A stretch of DNA of 64,000 nt from an uncultured Candidatus Saccharibacteria bacterium (GTDB lineage: Bacteria > Patescibacteriota > Minisyncoccia > Phycocordibacterales > Zambryskibacteraceae). A model generated the notes under the pieces. That model was given only the letters and a program-made list of their open reading frames with translations. It had not been told where the DNA came from and did not search any database. Positions 50,124 to 58,734 of this stretch are shown here, piece by piece; position 1 is the first letter of the stretch; every line of letters begins with the position of its first letter. A program made the position numbers and the translations under genes. The stretch is from assembly GCA_964357635.1 (NCBI GenBank), contig CAYHLZ010000001.1, forward strand, positions 44,917-108,916, read 5' to 3'.

Positions 50124-51200
50124 ATGAAAACCCTATCCACGAACCTAGCGATGAGATTAGCGATTATCTTCGCGGTCTCTATGGTGGCTGGCACGGCGTT
50201 TTATGCGCGCGGATTGGAGCCGGGCACTACCTTCGCGCCTGGCAACTTTGACTTCAAGATTGATAGCGAAGCAAGTTACAACGGTAACTTTGTGCCCTCC
50301 GGCACCTGGAGTCTCAAGAATTTGGTACCCGGCGTTGACAGGTTCTTTAACTTCGACGACATCAAACCCGGCGACCAAGGGGAGAACACCATCTCACTCC
50401 ACGCCAACAAAAACGCGTGGATGTGTCTTGACTTCATAAATCTTCAAGAAAACGAGAACGGTATAAACGAACCAGAAAGTGAGCTTGATATCACAGGAAG
50501 TGGTGGGGAACTTGCCGACGGCATGGAATTCTTCTCTTGGAATGACGATGGAGACAACATTTTTGAGCTGGGAGAAAAACCTATCTTTGGAACCTCAACA
50601 CAATCTGCTTCAATCGTTCTTGCTTCCACGACCTATGCCGTGGCTGATGCTTTGGGTGGCCAGGCATGTAAGGCAGACAAGACTTGCTACATCGGCATTT
50701 ACTGGTGTGCTGGAAATCTCGAGGTCAACTTAAATACCGCAGAGATTACTTGTGACCATACGACCCTCGGCAACGAGGCGCAGACCGACATCATGACTGT
50801 TGATGTGCGCTTCCGTGCCTATCCGTCGGAAGAGAACCCCGGGCTTCGCTGCGATGGAAAGAAGATTTCTGGTTGTAGTCCCGGCTACTGGAAGAAATCT
50901 AGCCACTTTGACGAATGGACGGCACCCTACACTCCTAACACTCTTTTCTCTTCTGTCTTTGATAACGCCTTCCCCGGCAAGAACCTGAAGCAGGTCTTGA
51001 CGATAACCGGTGGCGGTCTTAATGCCTTAGGCCGACAGACAGTCGCAGCACTTCTCAATGCGGCAAATCCTGAGGTTGGTTATGCCTACAGCGTCGCGGA
51101 GGTAATATCTATGTTTAACGCTGTCTACCCCGGTGGCGACTACGAGACGCTGAAAAACCTCTTTGAAAAACACAACACTAAGTTTTGTCCTCTGAATTAA
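50124..51200 (+). CDS. TasA/CalY-like secreted protein, paralogue 3 (more divergent)
   Basis: Signal peptide; FDDIKPGDQGENTISLHANKNAWMCLDF block shared with paralogues 1-2. N-terminal motif degenerate (TTFAPGNFDFKIDSE). Confidence 0.6.
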   Translation: MKTLSTNLAMRLAIIFAVSMVAGTAFYARGLEPGTTFAPGNFDFKIDSEASYNGNFVPSGTWSLKNLVPGVDRFFNFDDIKPGDQGENTISLHANKNAWMCLDFINLQENENGINEPESELDITGSGGELADGMEFFSWNDDGDNIFELGEKPIFGTSTQSASIVLASTTYAVADALGGQACKADKTCYIGIYWCAGNLEVNLNTAEITCDHTTLGNEAQTDIMTVDVRFRAYPSEENPGLRCDGKKISGCSPGYWKKSSHFDEWTAPYTPNTLFSSVFDNAFPGKNLKQVLTITGGGLNALGRQTVAALLNAANPEVGYAYSVAEVISMFNAVYPGGDYETLKNLFEKHNTKFCPLN

Positions 51201-51202
51201 TT

Positions 51203-51766
51203 ATGAAAACTCTGCGTAAAACATTTTACGGCCTCTTTATCCTTCTCATAGTTGGAGCAGCAGGACTCTTCCTTGCCACTCTGCTTCCCATTCCAGGGAA
51301 CGTTGAGGTAAAAATTGTGAAATCTGGTTCCATGGAGCCGACGATACCTACAGGCTCTCTCGTCTTCGTCAAACCTAAGGCAGAGTACTCGGTGGGCGAT
51401 ATTATCACCTTCGGTCAAGATACAAAATCAGAAATACCGACGACGCATAGAATAACGGAGGTTCAGGTTGGGGAGGGTGGAACAGTTTTTATGACCAAGG
51501 GTGACGCAAACGAAGAAGGTGACCCACAGCCCGTGCCAGCAAGCGAAGTTATCGGTCTAGTTTGGTTCCACGTGCCTTATGCGGGCTACATCATAGATCT
51601 TGCGAGACAGCCGTGGGGCTTCACTTTCCTTATCGGTATTCCCGCAGCACTCATCATTATGGACGAGGCCTTGCGCATCATTTCGGAGGTGAGGGAGATG
51701 CGTCGTCGAAGACGCGAGGGTACGATCGGACTTGTTAACGAAACAAACAACAATGAAATGCGTTAG
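51203..51766 (+). CDS. SipW-like (ER/archaeal-type, S26B) signal peptidase I
   Basis: N-terminal TM, then VKSGSMEPTIPTGSLVFVK (Ser box), PTTHRITEV (His box), TKGDANEEGD; C-terminal TM. Starts 3 nt after paralogue 3. Confidence 0.75.
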   Translation: MKTLRKTFYGLFILLIVGAAGLFLATLLPIPGNVEVKIVKSGSMEPTIPTGSLVFVKPKAEYSVGDIITFGQDTKSEIPTTHRITEVQVGEGGTVFMTKGDANEEGDPQPVPASEVIGLVWFHVPYAGYIIDLARQPWGFTFLIGIPAALIIMDEALRIISEVREMRRRRREGTIGLVNETNNNEMR

Positions 51767-52706
51767 ACAAAAAATTCTTGTCCGTAGGCATAAATTTGAC
51801 GACGTAGTCTTCGTACATGAAGTTGTCTCCTATATACCTGAACCCAAACTTGGAAGAGGGCGCCTTTTTACACCGAGACGCATGATCACGACGGCCTTAG
51901 CTGCCCTTTTTCTAGTCTTTATCGGAGCAAATTATGGCGAAGTGACAGATACGGGCGCCTTCTTCAGCGACACAGAAACTTCGGCGGGTAACAGGTTTGT
52001 CGCCAGTCTTCTTGACTTTGTTGCAAGTGGTGGAGCCTTGGGCAAGGTCACACCTCAAGGTCCGGCTATAGAAATACCTTTCACAGTGACTCCTGAAGCC
52101 GGCTCGGTTGTTACAAAGTATCGCATTACTATTGAAAACATTGTTGGCACCCTGTCCCTCTGTGACGCACTTTCCGTGACGGTTAAAGACGGAACGCCAT
52201 TTGCATATACAGGACCCATCGCAGGTCTTAATGGTACAGCGGAGAGCTCTGTCTCTATGGTGCTTGAAGCTTCTCTACCCTCCGACCCAGGTGTTTCGCC
52301 CGAAGACGAGTGTACCTTTGATATAGTTGCGCGTGGTTGGAACCAGCTCGTACCAGAGAACACCGGTTATCTTGATGAAGAGCGCGCACAGGTGGTAATA
52401 AACGACCCGCCAGCCGAGACGACCACTGAACCAAGTCCTTCGCCGGACTCAGGACTTCCGGCTCCTGAACTCCTTCAGGAAACTACAGTTGTTATTGAAC
52501 AACCAAGTGATGAAATCTTGCCGGAAGAAATCCCTGTAGAGAAGGAAGTCCCACAGGAGGAGGCTATAACAGAGGGATCAGTAGAGGAGAACTCTAGTAC
52601 GGAAGAGACCACGCCTGAACCTCCGCCTAGTAACGAAATTTTGCCAGAGCCAGAGGTAGTGTCTGAACCGGTCTTAGAAATGCCCCCAGAGCCAGTTGTG
52701 GAATAA
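51732..52706 (+). CDS. SipW-cognate-type secreted protein, paralogue 4, with C-terminal Pro/Glu-rich repeats
   Basis: TGAFFSDTETSAGNRFVASLLDF after a hydrophobic segment; true start probably the internal Met near 51882 (MITTALAALFLVFIG). C-terminal ~110 aa are PE/EV/EP-rich low complexity. Confidence 0.55.
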   Translation: MLTKQTTMKCVRQKILVRRHKFDDVVFVHEVVSYIPEPKLGRGRLFTPRRMITTALAALFLVFIGANYGEVTDTGAFFSDTETSAGNRFVASLLDFVASGGALGKVTPQGPAIEIPFTVTPEAGSVVTKYRITIENIVGTLSLCDALSVTVKDGTPFAYTGPIAGLNGTAESSVSMVLEASLPSDPGVSPEDECTFDIVARGWNQLVPENTGYLDEERAQVVINDPPAETTTEPSPSPDSGLPAPELLQETTVVIEQPSDEILPEEIPVEKEVPQEEAITEGSVEENSSTEETTPEPPPSNEILPEPEVVSEPVLEMPPEPVVE

Positions 52707-52797
52707 CAAAAAGGCTCGTCCACAGGGGGGTTTCTAGAGGGGCTCGAGCGTGCTATAATGGGGAAGTTACATTATTTAACCATTAGAATCATAAAAT

Positions 52798-52956
52798 ATG
52801 GATGAAAAAGTAGTTGGATATTGCGTAAAGTGCAAAACTAAGCGCGAAATGAAGGATGTAAAGAAGGTGGAGATCAAGCCAGGTCGTCCAGCTGCTAAGG
52901 GCACCTGCCCAGTCTGCGGCACCGGTATGTACCGAATCCTTTCTAACAAGAAGAAG
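52798..52956 (+). CDS. Small zinc-ribbon protein (52 aa), not in supplied ORF track
   Basis: MDEKVVGYCVKCKTKREMKDVKKVEIKPGRPAAKGTCPVCGTGMYRILSNKKK*; CxxC...CxxC; AGGA-like RBS context. Confidence 0.4.
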
Positions 52957-52972
52957 TAAGCTACTCTCAAGC

Positions 52973-53590
52973 TTGATGAGTAAGAGAACCAGCCCTCGCC
53001 CTAGAGTCTCTAGAGTGGGGGCTTGTTCGTGGCCAGGTTCTGACCCTCTGATGAGGCTCTACCACGACAGAGAGTGGGGCAAACCCGAGAGGGGCGATGT
53101 CAAAATTTTTCGGGCGATACTTCTAGATACATTTCAGGCTGGGCTTTCTTGGCAGATTATCTTACACAAGAGAAAAAACTTTGCTAGAGCTTTTGATAAT
53201 TTTAATTATGAAAAAATTGCCAAATATGCGCCAGTCAAAAAGGCCAGGCTTCTAAAAGATTCGGGGATTATAAGAAATCGTTTGAAAATAGCGGGAACAA
53301 TAGAAAATGCTAAGGCTTTTATAAAAGTCAGAAATGAATTTGGAACATTTTCTAAGTACATCTGGAGTTTTATTGAAAATAGGCCCATTACAAATAAACA
53401 CAAAGATTCTAGTAACATTGCTTCAAGTACAGAACTTTCTGATAAAATTAGTAAAAATCTAAAATCTCGTGGTTTTAAATTCTGTGGTACTACGGTAACC
53501 TACGCCTTTATGCAAGGTATTGGTATGGTCAATGACCACGTGCAAACCTGTTTCCGCTACCAAGAGTTGAGGAGGTTTGGTAAAAGCTAA
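52973..53590 (+). CDS. tag: DNA-3-methyladenine glycosylase I
   Basis: CSWPGSDPLMRLYHDREWGKP (Tag N-terminal Zn/Cys + YHDxEWG), HhH-GPD-like core. Confidence 0.8.
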   Translation: MMSKRTSPRPRVSRVGACSWPGSDPLMRLYHDREWGKPERGDVKIFRAILLDTFQAGLSWQIILHKRKNFARAFDNFNYEKIAKYAPVKKARLLKDSGIIRNRLKIAGTIENAKAFIKVRNEFGTFSKYIWSFIENRPITNKHKDSSNIASSTELSDKISKNLKSRGFKFCGTTVTYAFMQGIGMVNDHVQTCFRYQELRRFGKS

Positions 53591-53606
53591 ATGTTATAAT
53601 TAAAAA

Positions 53607-54518
53607 ATGACAGAGAAAATTCTTGCGGGTGCGCTATTTTTGGTTTCCGGTTTTCTTGTTTGGCACAACACAGCTTTTTTAAGATTGCCCAAGCCTTGCG
53701 AGGAACCCATTACTTACAACATTGGCTCGTTTGACAATAGATTTAACATAACAGAGAAAGATTTTCTCTCCGCACTGTCTCAAGCAGAAGCGATATGGGA
53801 GAAACCTTTTGGCAAAGAACTTTTTGCCTTTGCTCAAGTGGATGCGACTCTTCCGGTAAATCTTATTTACGATTATCGCCAAGAAACAACAAGCACTTTG
53901 TCTAACTTAGAGGGTGTCTTGGAGCAAAGTGAAGATACTTATAAGGTACTTGAAAGTAAGTACAGCGTACTGAAGTCAGAATATGAAAAAGCAAAGAGTA
54001 TTTATGAAGCCCGTGTTAGGACGTTTAACGAAGCCAATAGAGCCTACGAGAAACAGGTGGATGCTTGGAATAACGGACCAAGAACTTCTAAACAACAGTT
54101 TAACGAATTGGCAAAGGCAAAAGGGGCCCTAGAAGAAGAAACAAGAACAATAAGAAACATGGAAAATTTGTTAAACGGTCGAGTTAAGGAGATTAACGAG
54201 CTTGTCGGCCGTCTCAATTATGCTGCCGAAGCTCTTAACCTCGGAGTAAAGACATATAACACTATTGGTGGTTCTAGAGGAGAGTCATTTACTGGCGGTG
54301 TCTATTACAGCTCCGAGGGTACACAAGGTATAGATATTTATGAATTTAGTAGTCATGAAAAATTGGTAAGAATATTGGCGCATGAACTGGGGCACGCCTT
54401 GGGACTTGAGCACAATGATGACCCTGAAGCCATCATGTTTCATTTAAACAAGGGCGATGCCGAGGCAGTCTCTCCGGCCGACCTTGCAAGTCTTAAAATT
54501 CTTTGTGGGGCAGAATAG
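53607..54518 (+). CDS. Membrane-anchored metzincin-type zinc metalloprotease with coiled-coil linker
   Basis: N-terminal TM; central heptad-rich region; C-terminal HELGHALGLEHNDDPEAIMF (HExxHxxGxxH + Met-turn). Confidence 0.6.
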   Translation: MTEKILAGALFLVSGFLVWHNTAFLRLPKPCEEPITYNIGSFDNRFNITEKDFLSALSQAEAIWEKPFGKELFAFAQVDATLPVNLIYDYRQETTSTLSNLEGVLEQSEDTYKVLESKYSVLKSEYEKAKSIYEARVRTFNEANRAYEKQVDAWNNGPRTSKQQFNELAKAKGALEEETRTIRNMENLLNGRVKEINELVGRLNYAAEALNLGVKTYNTIGGSRGESFTGGVYYSSEGTQGIDIYEFSSHEKLVRILAHELGHALGLEHNDDPEAIMFHLNKGDAEAVSPADLASLKILCGAE

Positions 54519-54629
54519 ATTTTTTTGTTATACTTAACGAATTAGAAATAAATAAAAACATATGGCAAAAGGTAATTACAAAGAAAGAAAAGAAAAGAAG
54601 AAACCAAAAAAGAATAAGAAATAAGAACA

Positions 54630-54863
54630 ATGGGAGCGATTAAAGATTTCTTTCTTAGACAAGCGCTTAAGGCGAAAATGAAGGACATGCCAGAAGCACA
54701 GCGTGATCAAATGCTTGTGCTTATGGAAAAGAATCCTGAATTCTTTAAAAAGATTGGCGAGGAGGTGAAAAAGAGGGTAAAGAGTGGGCAGAGCGAGATG
54801 GCTGCTACTATGGTAGTAATGCGTGAGCATCAGGCAGAATTCCAGAGACTAAACCGACAGTAA
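54630..54863 (+). CDS. Hypothetical small protein
   Basis: 77-aa ORF ending 1 nt before the next gene; no motif. Confidence 0.3.
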   Translation: MGAIKDFFLRQALKAKMKDMPEAQRDQMLVLMEKNPEFFKKIGEEVKKRVKSGQSEMAATMVVMREHQAEFQRLNRQ

Positions 54864-55454
54864 ATGTTTTCCACGAAGATCAAAAAAATTTTTATTTTGC
54901 TCGGCAACCCAGATCCGGATAGCTTCAACTGCACTCTGGCCAACGAGTATCAGAGGGGAGCAGAGCATGCAGGGCACGAAGTGCGCCGTATGAACATCGG
55001 CGACCTTAAGTTTGACCCTATTCTCCGTCACGGTTATCGGCTGAAGCAGGACCTTGAGCCAGACCTCGTTTCTTTTCAAGAGAACGTCCGTTGGTGCGAA
55101 CATTTTGTCATTGTTTACCCATCATGGTGGTCTACTATGCCAGCCCTTCTCAAAGGTCTTATTGACCGCGCCTGGCTCTCTGGATTTGCTTTTAAGTTCT
55201 ACCCGAACGGGAATATGTGGAAGAGACTTCTGAAGGGCAGGAGCGCTTCTATGATTGTCACTTCCGATACGGAACCTCTCGTTCAGCGCATTGTTTTCGG
55301 CGACACGACAAATGAGTTGAGAAAGGGGGTCCTGTGGTTCTCCGGACTCTCTCCCATACGAGTGCATAAATTCGGCTATCTTAAACACTTCGGTCTCTGG
55401 AGGAGGGAGATGGTAAAACGCAAAGTCTACGACCTGGGTCGTAAGGCAAAATAA
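54864..55454 (+). CDS. Flavodoxin-like NAD(P)H dehydrogenase (quinone) family protein
   Basis: IFILLGNPDPDSFNCTLANEY...YPSWWSTMPALLKGLIDRAW matches Flavodoxin_2/KefF-MdaB-like fold. Confidence 0.65.
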   Translation: MFSTKIKKIFILLGNPDPDSFNCTLANEYQRGAEHAGHEVRRMNIGDLKFDPILRHGYRLKQDLEPDLVSFQENVRWCEHFVIVYPSWWSTMPALLKGLIDRAWLSGFAFKFYPNGNMWKRLLKGRSASMIVTSDTEPLVQRIVFGDTTNELRKGVLWFSGLSPIRVHKFGYLKHFGLWRREMVKRKVYDLGRKAK

Positions 55455-55480
55455 AAACCCGCCGAGTGGCGGGTTTTTAT
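55455..55480. terminator. Bidirectional rho-independent terminator (CCCGCC-GAGTG-GCGGG-TTTTT)
   Basis: Between convergent genes. Confidence 0.75.
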
Positions 55481-55498
55481 TCTTTGCACTAATGATAC

Positions 55499-56503
55499 TT
55501 AGTTTGAAGTTGTTGCGCTGAAGACTGGAGTAACGGTTCTATTACCGCTTCCATCTCTAGATTCTGCTGCGAAGTAGTAGAGAGTTGAAGTTGCAAGACC
55601 ACTTACTGTAATTAGGTGGTTTTGTTTTAGAGTGGAATTCTCTACAAAGCTTGTTGTGCTTGCGTTCACATCTAGACCCGAGGAAGTTCCATAGTAGACC
55701 CTTGAGGTCGCATTTTCGTTAGTGTGCCAACCAATGTTTGCGGTTGATGTAGACATTAGAAGTGTCACAGACGAGATTACTGGTGCGGAACTATCTGTAG
55801 AAACTGGTTTGGTGGTAAACGAACTCTCTGTTGAGGTGCTTGTATTACCGTTCCCGTCTTTTGAACGGACTACGAAGTAGTAGGTGGTACTGGCGCTAAG
55901 ACCCTCTATAACTAGTTTGTGTTCCTTAACTTTCTCACTTCTTGTTGTAGAAGCTGTTGAAGAGCTGTTTACATTCACGTTAGCAGAGTTTGACCAGAAG
56001 ACAGTACTATCTGACTTCTCATTAGTATTCCAAGTAATTGTCGCTTTTATCGTATTTGGTTTGGCCAAGAGGTTACTAATAACTGGTGCGGTAACATCAG
56101 TAGACGGAGTGGTGGAAGAAGTGGTGCCGTTGAATTTCTTAGCTATACCGAAGGGCACGAAACAATTCCAGAAGAACTCTCGCTCTTCTGCGCCCCAGTT
56201 ATTGACGAACCCAGGAGCGAAGAGGCGTCCAAAGGCTGTGCGACATAGTTCCTTTCTTTCACTATTTTTTCTGCCCTTTTCTTTTTTCTCACTCTTTCTG
56301 TCCTCGTCTCTATCCTCATCCCCGTCGTCATCTTCGTCGCGATCGTTATCTCGATCGTCGTGTTTTTCTACTCGTTCTGACCGATTGTTCTGTCTATTCT
56401 TTTTCTTACCGTTATCATTATCGGCATAAGAGAATGCTGGCATAAGGCCGAGCATCAAGATAAGCGAGAAAACGGTCATTTTCTTATAAAGCGTGTTTGT
56501 CAT
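55499..56503 (-). CDS. Secreted protein with charged low-complexity N-region and two FN3-like domains
   Basis: Signal peptide; D/E/R/K-rich stretch; two ~90-aa Ser/Thr-rich beta-sandwich-like repeats (…TTYYFVVRSKDGNGN… / …TLYYFAAESRDGSGN…). Confidence 0.45.
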   Translation of the reverse strand: MTNTLYKKMTVFSLILMLGLMPAFSYADNDNGKKKNRQNNRSERVEKHDDRDNDRDEDDDGDEDRDEDRKSEKKEKGRKNSERKELCRTAFGRLFAPGFVNNWGAEEREFFWNCFVPFGIAKKFNGTTSSTTPSTDVTAPVISNLLAKPNTIKATITWNTNEKSDSTVFWSNSANVNVNSSSTASTTRSEKVKEHKLVIEGLSASTTYYFVVRSKDGNGNTSTSTESSFTTKPVSTDSSAPVISSVTLLMSTSTANIGWHTNENATSRVYYGTSSGLDVNASTTSFVENSTLKQNHLITVSGLATSTLYYFAAESRDGSGNRTVTPVFSATTSN

Positions 56504-56660
56504 AACGTATATTGTATTTTTAGGTTAATGTACAAGACACGAGTGCCTTGCTCTTCCGATGACGAATGAAAATATAACTTCTTTCGTAGACATCTTTATC
56601 TTTATATCGTATTGTTTTTAGGCGGGGTTAACCCCGAAAGAGAATGGGCTCATATCCGTC

Positions 56661-57194
56661 ATGTCTATCAGTGATGATAAAAAGCGATTTAGCGATATTT
56701 ACAACAAAGAGTCAGACGCTCTGTTTCGCTTTTGCTTGCTTAGGGTATCAGACAGGGAAAAGGCAATTGATATAACCCAAGAAGCCTTCACTCGTCTCTG
56801 GAGTTCTATCTCTTCAGGTAAGCCAGTTGAGAACCCAAGGGCACTGGTCTTTGTAATAGCGCGTAATCTTATCATTGACTGGTATCGGAGGACAAAATCA
56901 GTATCTCTTGAAGGACTCAATGGTGGCGATGAGGAAAGAGAGTTTGACCCACCAGACGAGAAAGCTACTCTTGAGATAGAAACAAGTGTTGATGCTAAGC
57001 GTGCTTTAGAAATGATTGAATCTCTTGAATCGCAGTACAGAGAAGTAATCTATTTCCGGTTTGTGGAGGATCTCCAGCCTAGAGAGATTGCCGAGATTTT
57101 AGAAATCAACGTAAACACCGTTTCGGTACGCCTAACTCGGGGACTTGAAGCGCTTCGCAAACTCATGGGAATCTCAAGAAATAAATATGAATGA
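56661..57194 (+). CDS. ECF-family RNA polymerase sigma factor
   Basis: Region 2 AIDITQEAFTRLW...IARNLIIDWYRR; region 4 REVIYFRFVEDLQPREIAEILEINVNTVSVRLTRGLEALRK. Confidence 0.8.
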   Translation: MSISDDKKRFSDIYNKESDALFRFCLLRVSDREKAIDITQEAFTRLWSSISSGKPVENPRALVFVIARNLIIDWYRRTKSVSLEGLNGGDEEREFDPPDEKATLEIETSVDAKRALEMIESLESQYREVIYFRFVEDLQPREIAEILEINVNTVSVRLTRGLEALRKLMGISRNKYE

Positions 57195-58095
57195 AGAAAA
57201 TTTTAAAAAAGGAATAAAGGAACTCAAAAATATCCGCATGACGAGTGCGGAGAAGAGGGCTGTGCTTGAAAAAGTCTTCTCTTCACCCGTTGAGTCTCCT
57301 TATATGGAACGTATCCCAGTGTTTGCCGTTGTAACCTCTCATCATGCCAGAATTATTCTTACTGGCTGTTTGGTGGCGGCACTTTCTTTTAGTGGTGTGG
57401 TATATGGCTCTGACAGGTCTCTACCTGGTGACCTTTTGTACCCAGTTAAGACCAACTTCGTCGAGCCAGTACTTGACGCGGTAAACCATTCTCCAGAGAG
57501 AAAAATAGTCTGGGAAGAGGAAAAGATTGATAGGCGCATAGTGGAGGCAGAAAAACTGATAGAAAAGGACGAACTTGATGATGAAAAGCTTGAGAAACTT
57601 GAGAAAAGTATAGAAAAAAGTTCTTTTGCCTTTACCAAAGCAGCAGATAGCGTCGCTTCTTCTACAGGCACCTCCACCTTGTCTAGAAAAAAGAAGGCAG
57701 AGGATTTAAAGCGAGAATTCCGCGGAAGAATAAGTGACCGCAGAGGGGCCTTTGACATAAAAGATGATGAAGAAAAAGTTGAATCTAGTGATGAGGCTTC
57801 TTTTGGAGTAAGGGTTAGAGTAGAAGACGCCGAGAAGATACTTAACGAATTAGACGATGACCGAAATTCTAAAAAAGAAAGGATAAACAGGCTTAAAAAC
57901 GCTGCCATAAAAGTGATAGATGAGGACGATGATAGTGACGAGGACGAAGATAATTCAGACGATGATTTCGTGGATGGAGTAAAGTTACGGGGTGATGGAA
58001 GCGTGGATGACGATAACAGCTCCTCAACTGACGACGACGATGACAACGAGCTGGAGGTAGAAATAGAAGTAGAAACCGAGGACATTAGTATATAA
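57187..58095 (+). CDS. Putative anti-sigma factor: single-pass membrane protein with acidic C-terminus
   Basis: 8-nt overlap with ECF sigma gene; one TM (ARIILTGCLVAALSFSGVVYG); coiled-coil and D/E-rich tail. Confidence 0.45.
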   Translation: MNEENFKKGIKELKNIRMTSAEKRAVLEKVFSSPVESPYMERIPVFAVVTSHHARIILTGCLVAALSFSGVVYGSDRSLPGDLLYPVKTNFVEPVLDAVNHSPERKIVWEEEKIDRRIVEAEKLIEKDELDDEKLEKLEKSIEKSSFAFTKAADSVASSTGTSTLSRKKKAEDLKREFRGRISDRRGAFDIKDDEEKVESSDEASFGVRVRVEDAEKILNELDDDRNSKKERINRLKNAAIKVIDEDDDSDEDEDNSDDDFVDGVKLRGDGSVDDDNSSSTDDDDDNELEVEIEVETEDISI

Positions 58096-58148
58096 AAGAA
58101 AAGAGCAGCCATCCTTGGTTGCTCTTTGAATCTCTTGTGTTCGTAGCA

Positions 58149-58604
58149 CTATCCGGAACCTACCCTTCTCCTCCGCCACAACACTGAAATTACGACGATT
58201 CCAATGGCTAACACGAGTAGGGCCATGACAATCCGCTCGGTAAAGCTAAAACCACCCTCAACGTATGTTCCAGGTATTGACAGGAAGCTCTCCGGCACCG
58301 CTATCGGCGAGTGTTCTCCATCTTTTGATTCGCCGACGATACAGAGGTCGGAAAACTCGAGGTCATCTGTTTTCTTGATATAGCTCTCGACCATCTCGCG
58401 GTCGGCGACGGAGAGCGATTCCGCGTGGAAGCAAAGAGCTCCGGGAACCACCACTCTCGGCTCGTCTGTAGTGTCGGCGGCATGCTCTTCGTCATCTTTG
58501 GTGGGGATAGAAGAGATGGAAACCGGCGGGTTAGGTATGTACTCCGCATTCACGGAAGCTGCCGAGAAAAGAAGCAGAGTGATAAGCAAAATCTTCGTAA
58601 GCAT
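58149..58604 (-). CDS. Hypothetical secreted protein with C-terminal TM anchor and RRRR tail
   Basis: Signal peptide and C-terminal hydrophobic helix followed by basic residues. Confidence 0.3.
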   Translation of the reverse strand: MLTKILLITLLLFSAASVNAEYIPNPPVSISSIPTKDDEEHAADTTDEPRVVVPGALCFHAESLSVADREMVESYIKKTDDLEFSDLCIVGESKDGEHSPIAVPESFLSIPGTYVEGGFSFTERIVMALLVLAIGIVVISVLWRRRRVGSG

Positions 58605-58734
58605 GTAAAGGACTCCCTCTAAGTTAGTTTTGTCTCGAGAATTAACCCGAAACGCCTGGCGCCATTAAATCAGATTTTTAACATTTGTCAATAATATAAA
58701 CATTAAACGTTTTTCTCGTGTTATTATTATTTGG

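Noticed and set aside
54561-54623. 20-codon poly-lysine micro-ORF MAKGNYKERKEKKKPKKNKK
   Set aside because: Lies in an A-rich spacer where AAA/AAG codons arise trivially; no evidence of conservation.
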